Assembly (NCBI GenBank): GCA_028684095.1
Contig: JAQUGQ010000003.1
Span: forward strand, 4,979-68,978
Length of the DNA: 64,000 bases
Direction: 5' to 3'
From: Clostridia bacterium
GTDB lineage: Bacteria; Bacillota; Clostridia; TANB77; CAG-465
Positions 1 through 10,444 of the stretch are shown here, piece after piece; position 1 is the stretch's first letter, and each line of letters opens with the position of its first letter. The position numbers and the translations under genes were made by a program. A model generated the notes under the pieces. It searched no databases. It was not told the DNA's origin and saw only the letters and a list, made by a program, of their open reading frames with translations.

Positions 1-1205
1 TTGTTATCTTCAGTTATCATAAAAACATTTATAATATAAAAATCACTATCTTCTATTACATCATATATTATTTGATAATCTTTTATTTTATAATTTATTC
101 CGGATTTATCAGTTAAAATCTTATATTTAATATTATCTTTCAAATATTGTTTAGAAAATGTAAAAAAATTATTATTTTCTGATAACATTCCAAATATTAA
201 ATTATTACCTTTTATATTAGCCACAGTACCATCTGTAAATTTAATTGTAACAATACTGCTTAATTCATTTGAAACAAATTCAGATGCTATTTTACTTAAT
301 TTTATCTCATATTTTTCTAATACATTATCTACTTTTAATAATGATTTATCAGATACACTTAAATAAAAAAGTTTATTATCATTAGTTAATATATATACAT
401 TAGTAACATCACCCTCTATTGAACACTTAAAATCTTTCGCTAGTATAACTTTATCAGTTTCATCCTTCAAATATATATAATTAGTTATATCTGTATCTGC
501 ATTTATCCATTTTTCTTCTAATATGCTAAAATATTTATCCTTATTAACATCACCTATTCTTATTTTATTATCATTTTCAATTAAAATATAATTTTTTCCA
601 AGTGAAAGTATTTCACATCTTTTACCAATGAAATAATTTATAGGTGCTAGTAATATATTACGAGGTCCAACAACTCTTGTTTCACCATTTTCAAGTTCTA
701 CAACAGTTATTTCATGATACAAAATACTTTGTATTACTTCTAATTTTATATCTTTGATTTTTTGATTAAAAGTATATTTATATATGTTTGTATTATCTAA
801 CACAGTTTGTCCTAAATCACAAATGTATAAATTACCATTTTCTGTTAACATTAACACATTTGATGGAGTTCTATTTTCTTCTATTAATTCAAATACTTCT
901 ATTTTAACTACTCTTTCATTTATATTAATAATAGTTCCCTCAGAATAAATATTAACCATTTCCAAACCACTAGATTTTATTAAAACTGTTCCATTTTCTT
1001 TTGTATAAAAATCATATCCTAATAAATTCTTGTATTCTTTTTCTTCAAAAGGTAATTTAAATTCAACATTACTATTATTTTGTTTGTTATATTTTTTAAA
1101 TAATTGAGTGTTGAATAAAATATAGATAGATACAGAAACTAAAAGCAAAATAAGTATAATAATTATAAAACTTTTGAAGAAACTTCTTCTTTTTTTACTT
1201 TTCAT
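1..1205 (-). CDS. Hypothetical membrane-anchored/secreted protein, partial; C-terminal end runs off the window start
   Basis: Open reading frame on minus strand from ATG at 1205..1203, preceded by an AAGGGG RBS. N-terminus MKSKKRRSFFKSFIIIILILLLVSVSIYILF is a TM/signal anchor. No stop before the window edge in my manual translation. It is absent from the ORF track because it is truncated. Confidence 0.45.
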   Translation of the reverse strand, partial: MKSKKRRSFFKSFIIIILILLLVSVSIYILFNTQLFKKYNKQNNSNVEFKLPFEEKEYKNLLGYDFYTKENGTVLIKSSGLEMVNIYSEGTIININERVVKIEVFELIEENRTPSNVLMLTENGNLYICDLGQTVLDNTNIYKYTFNQKIKDIKLEVIQSILYHEITVVELENGETRVVGPRNILLAPINYFIGKRCEILSLGKNYILIENDNKIRIGDVNKDKYFSILEEKWINADTDITNYIYLKDETDKVILAKDFKCSIEGDVTNVYILTNDNKLFYLSVSDKSLLKVDNVLEKYEIKLSKIASEFVSNELSSIVTIKFTDGTVANIKGNNLIFGMLSENNNFFTFSKQYLKDNIKYKILTDKSGINYKIKDYQIIYDVIEDSDFYIINVFMITEDN

Positions 1206-1217
1206 AATTAGTACCCC

Positions 1218-2588
1218 TTATATTTCAAATTTATTTAAAAACCAATTTTCAAGTTCTTTAATCTTAACTCTTGTTTGTATCATCGTATCTCTGTCTCTTA
1301 TTGTAACTGAGTCATCTGTTTCTGAATCAAAATCATAAGTTATACAATATGGAACACCTATTTCATCATATCTTCTATATCTTTTACCAACACTTCCAGC
1401 ATCATCAAAATCACACATATATTTTTTACATAAATTGTGATATATTTCTTCGGATTTTTCACTTAATTTTTTAGATAATGGTAAAATTCCTATTTTTATA
1501 GGTGCTAAGAATGGATGAAGTTTTAATACTATTCTAGTGTCATCCTCTGAAACATTTTCTTCTTCATATGCATTACATAAGAAAGCAAGTAATGCTCTAT
1601 CACAACCAAGTGAAGGCTCTATACAATATGGAATATATCTTTCGTTTGTTAATATATCTAGATAATTCATATCTTCACCAGAAAACTTCATATGTTGCTT
1701 TAAATCAAAATCTGTTCTGTCTGCTATACCCCATAATTCTCCGAAACCAAACGGGAATCTGAATTCAATATCTGTTGTTGCATTACTATAATGAGATAAT
1801 TCTTCTTTTTCATGATTTCTTAAGCGTATATTTTCTTCTTTCATTCCTAAATTAATTAAGAAATCTACTGCATATTGTTTCCAATATTCAAACCATTTTA
1901 AATCTTCTCCAGGTTTACAAAAAAATTCAAGTTCCATTTGTTCAAATTCACGTGTACGAAATATAAAGTTACCTGGTGTTATTTCGTTTCTAAAAGATTT
2001 ACCAATTTGAGCTATTCCAAAAGGTATTTTTCTTCTTGTAGTTCTAGCTACATTTTTAAAATTAACAAATATACCTTGTGCAGTTTCTGGTCTTAAATAT
2101 ACTGTACTAAGTGAATCTTCTGTTACTCCTTGAAATGTTTTAAACATTAAATTAAATTTACGTATTTCTGTATAATTTAATTTACCACATTTAGGACATA
2201 CTACTTTATGTTCATATAATAATTTAACTAAATCTTCATCACTTATACCTTCAACTTTTATATCTAATTTGTGTACAAAAGCATATTCTTCAATTATTTT
2301 GTCAGCTCTAAATCTAGACTTACATTCCTTACAATCAATAAGTGGATCAGAAAAACCACCTAGATGTCCAGAAGCTTCCCAAGTTTTTGGATTCATAAGA
2401 ATTGCACAATCTAATCCTACATTATATTTAGACTCTTGTACAAATTTCTTAAGCCATGCTTTTTTCACATTGTTTTTAAATTCTACTCCAAGTGGACCAT
2501 AATCCCATGTATTTGCAAGACCACCATATATTTCACTACCAGCATATATATATCCTCTAGATTTACATAAGCTAACAATTTTTTCCAT
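1218..2588 (-). CDS. glyQS: Glycine--tRNA ligase (class II, homodimeric GlyQS type)
   Basis: ORF track 1218..2600. Protein [40 protein letters not shown]... is a typical GlyRS N-terminus and class II core. Probable start is the ATG at 2588 (MEKIV). Confidence 0.9.
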   Translation of the reverse strand: MEKIVSLCKSRGYIYAGSEIYGGLANTWDYGPLGVEFKNNVKKAWLKKFVQESKYNVGLDCAILMNPKTWEASGHLGGFSDPLIDCKECKSRFRADKIIEEYAFVHKLDIKVEGISDEDLVKLLYEHKVVCPKCGKLNYTEIRKFNLMFKTFQGVTEDSLSTVYLRPETAQGIFVNFKNVARTTRRKIPFGIAQIGKSFRNEITPGNFIFRTREFEQMELEFFCKPGEDLKWFEYWKQYAVDFLINLGMKEENIRLRNHEKEELSHYSNATTDIEFRFPFGFGELWGIADRTDFDLKQHMKFSGEDMNYLDILTNERYIPYCIEPSLGCDRALLAFLCNAYEEENVSEDDTRIVLKLHPFLAPIKIGILPLSKKLSEKSEEIYHNLCKKYMCDFDDAGSVGKRYRRYDEIGVPYCITYDFDSETDDSVTIRDRDTMIQTRVKIKELENWFLNKFEI

Positions 2589-2626
2589 TGAATCTACCAT
2601 TTATTTGTTCATTCCTTTCTGATAAT

Positions 2627-3436
2627 TTATATTGTAATATCTAATATACTATATTTTTTATCTACTAACACTTCTGGATTAAATATGAAATGAATCTTAT
2701 TTTCTTCTATATAGAAAGTTTCAAGTCCAGTATATGAATAATTATATTCAGATTCTTTAATATTACAATTACTTATAACATAATTTTTAATTCCTATTTT
2801 AATTTTATCTTTATATGTTGAACTTAATATATCAAGTATCACGTCTTCTTGTTTTAAAATCATTCCATCCCTTTGATTTATATTATATGTATATATTTTT
2901 TCCATAGAATTAACTTTTGCACTATCATCAATCATTCTTTCATATATAGTTATAGATATTACATTCTTTTCTGCTATAATATTATCATATACTTTATATG
3001 TAACAGTATATGTAAAATTGTTATCTACATTCTCCATTGTCTTCTTAAATGAATTATAAGTATTATTAAATTTATTATATATTTGATCATTTATTGTAGT
3101 TAATACCTCATCATTTATAGATATTACAGGTATTGTTATATTTGCTTTTATCTTTTTTATTGTTTTATCTGAAATATAGTTATTAGTTATTTTATATAGC
3201 TCTGATGCATTATTTAATGGCTCTTCAACATCAGTTAAGGCATTACTTTCATCTAAATTTGATTTATTAACAATATCTGACCCAGATTGTCCTATTAAAG
3301 TAGGTTCTTTTTCAGTACAAATTGCAAAATATGTTATTGTAACTCCTATAAGTAAAAACAATATAATAAAAAAAATTTGTCCCTTATAACTTGCTTTTTT
3401 CGTTTCTCTAAATCTCATAGTTTCCATATACATCAA
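2627..3436 (-). CDS. Hypothetical membrane-anchored protein (single N-terminal TM, extracytoplasmic domain)
   Basis: ORF track 269 aa with N-terminal hydrophobic segment IFFIILFLLIGVTITYFAI. It is packed tightly between the Asp23-like gene and glyQS. Confidence 0.45.
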   Translation of the reverse strand: MMYMETMRFRETKKASYKGQIFFIILFLLIGVTITYFAICTEKEPTLIGQSGSDIVNKSNLDESNALTDVEEPLNNASELYKITNNYISDKTIKKIKANITIPVISINDEVLTTINDQIYNKFNNTYNSFKKTMENVDNNFTYTVTYKVYDNIIAEKNVISITIYERMIDDSAKVNSMEKIYTYNINQRDGMILKQEDVILDILSSTYKDKIKIGIKNYVISNCNIKESEYNYSYTGLETFYIEENKIHFIFNPEVLVDKKYSILDITI

Positions 3437-3442
3437 CCCCCA

Positions 3443-4252
3443 CTATCTAGAAATTCCTTTTATATTTATATTTATACTAAATATATTAATACCAGTTGCT
3501 CTGTCAACTTCAAGAACTATAATATTCCTTAATCTGTTACTTATACTAGGAATATTTATTCCATATTTAACTTCAACATCTATTTCTATTTTAATACCAT
3601 CTATATATTTTGTTGATAGTACTTTATATATCCTAGTTATTCCGTTTATTCTGGTAGTAGCATGTTCAATAATTGAATTTATAACTTTCTCAGCTATGTA
3701 GTACTTTCCTAAATAACTAAAAGTTGGTCTAATAATAGTTTTTTCATTATTTATACCATCATTTTTCATAAACGAATTGAATATTCTAAGTGGATCTAAA
3801 AAATATCCTGAAAATTGCTCCTTAATCTCAAATGTCGGAACTGGAACAACATGTTTTCCATCTTCTATTCTTGACTTTCTAGCAAGATTAATATTTTCTG
3901 CCGTTACAACATCTTCAATATATATCTTACGATTAATTTCACCTAAATTTAAGTTATTGGCAATTTTTTCTACCATTCCATCTGATGTACCTAGTATAAG
4001 TAATTTATTTGGATTTTCAATTCTTATTGCATTTATCATTTCATTTTTTTTATCAGTATCTACAAAAATTGCCGCCTTAACGGATGCAATTTTTGTATCT
4101 TCAGTTTTTGCAGATTTCCCACATATAACTTTATTATTTTTAATTAATATTGCGTCATCAATTATATATTTAATATCATATTTATGTGCAACATGAAGAG
4201 CATTATAACTCTTCCCTGTGCCTGTTTTACCAACAAATGCATAAACTTGCAT
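3443..4252 (-). CDS. Two-domain protein: N-terminal P-loop domain (HprK-C-like Walker A GKTGTGKS ... IIDD) fused to a C-terminal Asp23/Gls24-like (alkaline shock protein) domain
   Basis: Motifs FVGKTGTGKSYNALHVAHKYDIKYIIDDAI resemble the HprK-type P-loop. The C-terminal 110 aa (YIAEKVINSIIEHATTRINGITRIYKV...VEVKYGINIPSISNRLRNIIVLEVDRATGINIFSININIKGI) look Asp23-like. The start is 4 nt after the pnp stop. Confidence 0.5.
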   Translation of the reverse strand: MQVYAFVGKTGTGKSYNALHVAHKYDIKYIIDDAILIKNNKVICGKSAKTEDTKIASVKAAIFVDTDKKNEMINAIRIENPNKLLILGTSDGMVEKIANNLNLGEINRKIYIEDVVTAENINLARKSRIEDGKHVVPVPTFEIKEQFSGYFLDPLRIFNSFMKNDGINNEKTIIRPTFSYLGKYYIAEKVINSIIEHATTRINGITRIYKVLSTKYIDGIKIEIDVEVKYGINIPSISNRLRNIIVLEVDRATGINIFSININIKGISR

Positions 4253-4256
4253 TAAA

Positions 4257-6371
4257 CTACCCCTCTTTGTTTACTAAATCATTAGCTATTAAACTAAACT
4301 TACCATTTTCTTTATCTATATCGATTACTTTTACCATAACATTATCCCCAAGATTTAATACTTCTTCTACTTTATTTATTCTAACTTTTGACATTTTAGA
4401 TATATGAAGAAGACCTTCTTTTCCAGGCATTACTTCAACAATAGCACCACAAGCAATTATTTTAGTAACTTTACCAAGGTATACTGCATTAATTTCAACA
4501 TCTCTAGTTATACCTTCAATTATTGATATAGCTTTATTTACCATTGCAGAATCTGCCCCAGCTATAAATATTTTACCTGTATCTTCAATATCTATTTTAA
4601 CTCCAGTATCTTCAATTATTTTGTTAATGATTTTTCCACCACTACCTATAACATCACGAATTTTATCTGGATTTATCGTAATTGTAATAATCTTAGGTGC
4701 ATATTTAGAAATTTCTTTTCTAGGCTCTGCTATTTCTTTAAGCATTATTTCATCTAATATATAGCATCTAGCTTTATATGTCTTTTCAAAAGCTTCTTCG
4801 ATTACTTCATATGATAATCCATCGATTTTTATATCAACTTGAATAGCAGTTATACCTTTTTTAGTTCCTGCTACTTTAAAGTCCATATCTCCGAAAAAAT
4901 CTTCAATACCTTGAATATCTGTTACCATTATATAATCATCTACATTATCATCTTTAGTAAATAATCCTGTAGATATTCCTGCTACTGGTGATTTAATTGG
5001 TACACCTGCATCCATTAGAGCAAGTGTTGAAGCACATATACTACCTTGTGATGTAGAACCATTAGAACTAAGTATTTCAGATACTACACGTATAGTATAT
5101 GGGAATTCTTCAGTAGAAGGTAAAACTGGTACTAATGCTTTTTCAGCTAATGCTCCATGTCCTATTTCTCTTCTACCTGGACCTCTTGAAGATCTAGATT
5201 CACCAACACTATATGGTGGAAAGTTATAATGATGGATGTAATTTTTTGATTTTTCTTCATCAAGTCCATCTAAGTTCTGTTCTTCAGCCATAGTTCCAAG
5301 TGTTACTACAGATAAAACTTGTGTTTGTCCTCTACTAAATAATGCACTACCATGAGTTCTCTCTAATATATGAGTTTCAGCACTAAGTGGTCTTATTTCA
5401 TCTAGTCCTCTTCCATCTGGTCTCATACCATTATTTATTATTTGACTTCTTGCAGCTTTCTTTTGTAATTTATATACAGCTTCTGCTATCATACTCTTAT
5501 TTTTAGCATAATCTTCTTCGGTGTGATTTTTTATATATTCTTCTTTTATGAATTTTTTTAATTCGTCTATATTTACATCTCTTACGTTTTTGTCAGTTGT
5601 ACTTGTTGAATTAGATAATTTATCTCCAATTATAGTAGATATCTCATTTATTAATTCTTTAGGTACTTCAAAAGATTTATATTCAGATTTTGGTTTTCCT
5701 ATTTCTTTTCTTATATCTTCTATAAATACACATAATTTTTTTATTTCTTCATGTGCAAATTTTATAGCTTTTATCATTGTTTCATTGTCTACTTCACTAG
5801 CACCTGCTTCAATCATACAAACTTTATCATATGTAGCAGCAATTGTTAAATCCAATCTAGATTTTGCTCTTTCTTCTAAGTTAGGGTTCAGAACAAGATT
5901 TTCATCTATTAATCCAACTTTTATTCCTCCAACAATTTTATCAAAAGGTATATCTGATATATTAAGAGCTATAGATGCACCTATCATTGCTGGTATTTCT
6001 GGAAGTACATCTGGATCCACACACATAACAGTAACATGAATTGATGTATCATTTCTATAATCATGTGGAAATAATGGTCTAAGCGGTCTATCAATTGCTC
6101 TAGATACAAGTATTGCTTTATCTGTAGCTTTTCCTTCTCTTTTCATAAAACTTCCTGGTATTTTTCCTATAGCATATAGTTTTTCTTCATAATCTACTGA
6201 TAATGGTAGAAAATCAATTCCATCTCTTGGTTCTTTTGACATTGTTGCATTTACAAGTACTGCTGTATCTTCATATCTCACAAGACATGAACCATTACTA
6301 AAACAAGCCATCTTTCCTGTTTCTATAACAAGCTTTTTGCCTGCAAAGTAAGTTTCAAATTTTTTAAACAT
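4257..6371 (-). CDS. pnp: Polyribonucleotide nucleotidyltransferase (PNPase)
   Basis: 704 aa with two RNase PH domains plus KH and S1. The N-terminus MFKKFETYFAGKKLVIETGKMA... and the C-terminal S1 stretch (GAIVEVMPGKEGLLHISK) are typical PNPase. No rpsO upstream. Confidence 0.95.
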   Translation of the reverse strand: MFKKFETYFAGKKLVIETGKMACFSNGSCLVRYEDTAVLVNATMSKEPRDGIDFLPLSVDYEEKLYAIGKIPGSFMKREGKATDKAILVSRAIDRPLRPLFPHDYRNDTSIHVTVMCVDPDVLPEIPAMIGASIALNISDIPFDKIVGGIKVGLIDENLVLNPNLEERAKSRLDLTIAATYDKVCMIEAGASEVDNETMIKAIKFAHEEIKKLCVFIEDIRKEIGKPKSEYKSFEVPKELINEISTIIGDKLSNSTSTTDKNVRDVNIDELKKFIKEEYIKNHTEEDYAKNKSMIAEAVYKLQKKAARSQIINNGMRPDGRGLDEIRPLSAETHILERTHGSALFSRGQTQVLSVVTLGTMAEEQNLDGLDEEKSKNYIHHYNFPPYSVGESRSSRGPGRREIGHGALAEKALVPVLPSTEEFPYTIRVVSEILSSNGSTSQGSICASTLALMDAGVPIKSPVAGISTGLFTKDDNVDDYIMVTDIQGIEDFFGDMDFKVAGTKKGITAIQVDIKIDGLSYEVIEEAFEKTYKARCYILDEIMLKEIAEPRKEISKYAPKIITITINPDKIRDVIGSGGKIINKIIEDTGVKIDIEDTGKIFIAGADSAMVNKAISIIEGITRDVEINAVYLGKVTKIIACGAIVEVMPGKEGLLHISKMSKVRINKVEEVLNLGDNVMVKVIDIDKENGKFSLIANDLVNKEG

Positions 6372-6521
6372 AATTTATCCTCCTAGATTTAATATATTTT
6401 ACATGGTCATTATACCATTTATTTATATAATATACAACAAAATTTAGAAAAAAAGATTAAATATATTTTAAATACCTAACCTTTAATAATAATCTATTAA
6501 TTTTGTTATTTTAATGTAATA

Positions 6522-7559
6522 TTATACCTTTTTTTTAAGTAATATTTTAATAGTATTTTTTTCTTCAATCAAATCAACATTTCTAATTGATAATATAACA
6601 TTTTTAAGTATATATAAATCATTATTACTTATTTTTTCTATTTCATTACTTTCAACTATAAAATACCATTCTAACTCATCTTCTGTTAAAGTAAATGTTA
6701 TACTAGATGTTGCTATAGACATTTTAATAAGTTTGAATATAATTTCGCATATTATGAATATAATGTCATTTACATTTCCTGTTATATAACTACTAGCTCT
6801 AAGTGAAACTCTCGTATTAAAATCAACACCTTTTTGTTTAAGTTCATTAGATAAAATCAAATTAATAACTTCAGTTATTTCACTATCGGACATTATATCT
6901 TGATCACTTTCATTTATTTCTCTTATTATTGCAGTAAGAACCTTATCTATTTTTTCTAAATTTGTTTTGTTATTTTCATAAAAATTCCCAAGTTTAGCTA
7001 TGTTATCTAATCCTACATCGCTTTTAGATTCGCTTATGATCATATTTGTTATTTCAAGTCCTGCACCTATTGACATCAAACTAGATTTTATATTTAGAAC
7101 TATTGAACTTATCAGTTTACTAATTGCATTACTCTTATACTTGGAAATAGCAATTTGATTCTGTTGATTAAATATTTTAACAGCAGAAATTAATTCTAAA
7201 TTTAACTTGTCCATTCCTTCTGTTTTATCATGGTAATTCTGTATATTTAATCTTTGCATTGTATCAATTGGTGGTTTTTGACCAGCAAATCCTGTCTGCA
7301 TAATAATAACAACTTCTTGATTAAATTTACGTACTTCAACTACCACATCCTCACCTGAAAGATTTGGCATAAAGTAGTCAAGAAGAACAATTTGGTGTTT
7401 TTCTTGCTTTATAATTTCAATTGCTTCTGCTCCATTATCTACAACATCCACATTATATCCTTTTGATTTTAGATAAATATTAGCAATATTTACAAAATCC
7501 TCATCATCATCTACAAGTAAAACATTTATATTTTTTATTAATTCATCATACGTTATCAT
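6522..7559 (-). CDS. Response regulator receiver protein with an uncharacterised ~220-aa C-terminal output domain (orphan, no adjacent kinase)
   Basis: N-terminal REC domain LLVDDDEDFVNIANIYLKSKGYNVDVVDNGAEAIE...VLLDYFMPNLSGEDVV has the acidic pocket and conserved D. The C-terminal region has no recognisable HTH. Confidence 0.65.
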   Translation of the reverse strand: MITYDELIKNINVLLVDDDEDFVNIANIYLKSKGYNVDVVDNGAEAIEIIKQEKHQIVLLDYFMPNLSGEDVVVEVRKFNQEVVIIMQTGFAGQKPPIDTMQRLNIQNYHDKTEGMDKLNLELISAVKIFNQQNQIAISKYKSNAISKLISSIVLNIKSSLMSIGAGLEITNMIISESKSDVGLDNIAKLGNFYENNKTNLEKIDKVLTAIIREINESDQDIMSDSEITEVINLILSNELKQKGVDFNTRVSLRASSYITGNVNDIIFIICEIIFKLIKMSIATSSITFTLTEDELEWYFIVESNEIEKISNNDLYILKNVILSIRNVDLIEEKNTIKILLKKKV

Positions 7560-7572
7560 ACATAAACCCCTT

Positions 7573-8382
7573 TCAACCTACAAATACTTTTATAAGAACA
7601 ATAATTGCTATAATTATTCTATAATATGCAAATATAGCAAACCCATTGTTTTTAATATAACTTAGTAAAAACTTAATCGCTATTATACCAACTATTGCAG
7701 CTGTAAATATTCCCACAACTAATTCTAAATTAAATCCTTTAATTAATTCATCAGCTTTTAACATCGCAGCACCAAATATAATAGGTGTTGATAATAAAAA
7801 AGTGAATTTAGCAGATGCTTCTCTAGTTATTCCCATAAGCCTTGCAGTTAAAATAGTAGTACCAGATCTAGAAAATCCTGGAATAATAGCTAATGCTTGT
7901 GATAATCCTATTATAAATGTTTGTTTAAAAGTTAGACTTTCAAAATTCGTTTGTTTCGTGTATTTTTTTTCTGCATATTTATCTCCAATATATATAAGTA
8001 CACCCATTATAGCTAAAGTAAAAGCTATAATAACCATCGAAGATCTAAATACAGTTTCAATTTGTTCCTCTAATAAAAATCCAATAAATGCACCTGGAAT
8101 AGTAGCCGCTACTAAATACCAAAACATGTTGTTTTCAAAAGAAGATTTTTTATGTATAACTTTTTGATAAACACCATTAATATATGTTAACCAATCTTTC
8201 CAAAAAATAAACATTACTGCTATAAGTGTACCAAAATGAAGTGCAACATCAAATGATATTGACATTTCTGGAAATCCAAATAAATACCTTACAAATATTA
8301 AATGTGCTGAACTTGAAATAGGTAAAAATTCACCTAAACCTTGTATAATTCCAAGTATTACAGCTCTAATTATTTCATCCAT
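7573..8382 (-). CDS. uppP: Undecaprenyl-diphosphatase (BacA/UppP)
   Basis: MDEIIRAVILGIIQGLGEFLPISSSAHLIF... and polytopic membrane protein features fit the UppP family signature. Confidence 0.9.
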   Translation of the reverse strand: MDEIIRAVILGIIQGLGEFLPISSSAHLIFVRYLFGFPEMSISFDVALHFGTLIAVMFIFWKDWLTYINGVYQKVIHKKSSFENNMFWYLVAATIPGAFIGFLLEEQIETVFRSSMVIIAFTLAIMGVLIYIGDKYAEKKYTKQTNFESLTFKQTFIIGLSQALAIIPGFSRSGTTILTARLMGITREASAKFTFLLSTPIIFGAAMLKADELIKGFNLELVVGIFTAAIVGIIAIKFLLSYIKNNGFAIFAYYRIIIAIIVLIKVFVG

Positions 8383-8395
8383 TATATCCCCCTTA

Positions 8396-9412
8396 TTATT
8401 TTAACAGTTCTCTTATTATAATTGTATTGTCTTTTGTTTTTAAATATACTGTATTATTTTTGATAGATTCAAAAGTAACATAATTTGAAAGTTTTATTAA
8501 CCTTTTATTAGGATTTTCAGAAGATATATTAATTATATATGTAGGGTAAATCAAATATACATTTGTATTATCACTATAATAACTAAGAACATCTGTGTCA
8601 GTTAAATCAATTGTATCAACTATTTTATTGTTTTGTACTTTGTATACCTTATTCTTATTTTCAGATGATATAAAATAAATATTATCATCTAAATCTGTTC
8701 CTATAAGGTTTACTTTTTCTTTAAATATACTTAATTTACCACCTGAATAATAAATATTACTCTTGTTATCTTCATAATAAAGTCTATCTTTCGCTTTTAA
8801 CATACAAAGTTTTGATATAATTTTATCTGATACAACTTGAGAACTACCTTTAAATAAATCAATCCTATAAATAATATTATTTTCTTTTATACCAGATTTT
8901 GTTTCTATATTCATGTATATAATATTTATAACTGGTGAACATTCAAATTCTTTTATTCTACTGAAATTATTTACTGTATATTTCTCTTCTTGTTTTTTGT
9001 TTTTTGAACTAATTTCATAAGTTCTAAGAGTTAACTTTGAGCTTGTTCCAACCTTTTTATGTGTAAAATATACAATTTGATTTTTATCATATAATAAGTT
9101 ACAAAAGCAGATAGGATCAGTTTCTTCTATTGTTGTTATTAATTCTTTCTTTTTAGTATCATTTACATATATTTTACCATCTTTTAAATATATGTAATAT
9201 TTGTTATCATATGCATATTGTACAAGTGTACTTTCACTTTCTAATTTTAAATTTTCAGTAGTTGATATATCTTTTAAACTATCACTGTCTTGTATAATTG
9301 TACTCGAATTATTAAGTGAATATACAAAATCATCAACAAGTGTAAGACAAACCACTGTTATAATAAAACTTATAGTCATAAATGTAAATATGTATTTTAA
9401 TATCTTTTTCAT
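8396..9412 (-). CDS. Hypothetical membrane-anchored protein
   Basis: 338-aa ORF with N-terminal TM ILKYIFTFMTISFIITVVCLTLV. No recognisable catalytic motifs. Confidence 0.4.
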   Translation of the reverse strand: MKKILKYIFTFMTISFIITVVCLTLVDDFVYSLNNSSTIIQDSDSLKDISTTENLKLESESTLVQYAYDNKYYIYLKDGKIYVNDTKKKELITTIEETDPICFCNLLYDKNQIVYFTHKKVGTSSKLTLRTYEISSKNKKQEEKYTVNNFSRIKEFECSPVINIIYMNIETKSGIKENNIIYRIDLFKGSSQVVSDKIISKLCMLKAKDRLYYEDNKSNIYYSGGKLSIFKEKVNLIGTDLDDNIYFISSENKNKVYKVQNNKIVDTIDLTDTDVLSYYSDNTNVYLIYPTYIINISSENPNKRLIKLSNYVTFESIKNNTVYLKTKDNTIIIRELLK

Positions 9413-9423
9413 ATCTGCACCCT

Positions 9424-10410
9424 CTATTCTGCTGATTTTTCTGAATTTGAATCAAAATTAGGTTTTGTAACTATAAATGCACATGGAACATATCGCTCTC
9501 CCAATGTATCACTTGGTGTATTTACAAGTTTTAAATCATATATCATTGTGCTAGAAGCTCCACCGTCTAAATTATATGCATTATATGCACCATATTGTAA
9601 AAAAATATCTTGTACATTTTTAAGTGTTGCACCTAAACTATCAGCTTGTCTACCATCAATAACTAGCATTAGAATAGTACCATCTTTTCTTTGTCCAATT
9701 GCAGTTCTAGGTTGAATGCCCCAACCACCATTTCCACTTCTTATAGTTGGTATTCCATTAACAATAATTGTTGGTCCAAATGTAACAGCATCCCTTATAT
9801 TTTTACTTACCATATTAGAGTAAGTCATAGAGTTTGAAACTATCATTCTATCTGATTTATCAAGTCCTACAATACTATAACTACCAATTGATTTAGTGGA
9901 TTTAAGTTCACCAAATGAAATCAAAATCCCGCTTGGTTTACCTCCAGTTCCTAATGCATCGTCTGCAAAACCGCCAGCATTTATACCTGCAACACCATCA
10001 TAATATTCTACTATTTGTGATGTAGTTGCTCCAACTTTCCCAAGTTTTGGAGCAGTTGCAAGTTTAACTCTTGAGGGATCATTTACTATAAGTAAATATC
10101 CCTTAAAAGTTTTTGAACTAACATCTTTAAGCTCTATTCCATCTGTATTATTTTCACTTACTTGTATATCTTCAACAACTTGATCTGCAATGTCTCCATT
10201 AGGTCTATTTTTTTCTAATATTTGACTTATCTCTGTATCACTTAAAAACAAAGTTGCAAAATATTGATGACTCATTGTTGTCATAGCTGTTGTTACAATC
10301 ATTTCTTTTATATTTGTAAACGGTCCATAATATATTAATATAATTGACAGTATCGGTATTAATATTACTTGAGATAATATAAACATACCAAACATCTTAA
10401 GCTTTTTCAT
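9424..10410 (-). CDS. Phosphodiester glycosidase family protein (NAGPA-like), membrane anchored
   Basis: N-terminal TM and the motifs GINAGGFADDALGTGGKPSGILIS ... NLDGGASSTM are typical of the DUF2233/phosphodiester glycosidase family. Confidence 0.6.
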   Translation of the reverse strand: MKKLKMFGMFILSQVILIPILSIILIYYGPFTNIKEMIVTTAMTTMSHQYFATLFLSDTEISQILEKNRPNGDIADQVVEDIQVSENNTDGIELKDVSSKTFKGYLLIVNDPSRVKLATAPKLGKVGATTSQIVEYYDGVAGINAGGFADDALGTGGKPSGILISFGELKSTKSIGSYSIVGLDKSDRMIVSNSMTYSNMVSKNIRDAVTFGPTIIVNGIPTIRSGNGGWGIQPRTAIGQRKDGTILMLVIDGRQADSLGATLKNVQDIFLQYGAYNAYNLDGGASSTMIYDLKLVNTPSDTLGERYVPCAFIVTKPNFDSNSEKSAE

Positions 10411-10444
10411 TAATTACTCCTCTAATTTTTATTTGTATTTTTGA

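Noticed and set aside
1218-2626. Glycine T-box leader upstream of glyQS
   Set aside because: Only about 38 nt separate the glyQS start from the upstream gene's stop, which is no room for a ~250-nt T-box. glyQS appears co-transcribed with the upstream genes.
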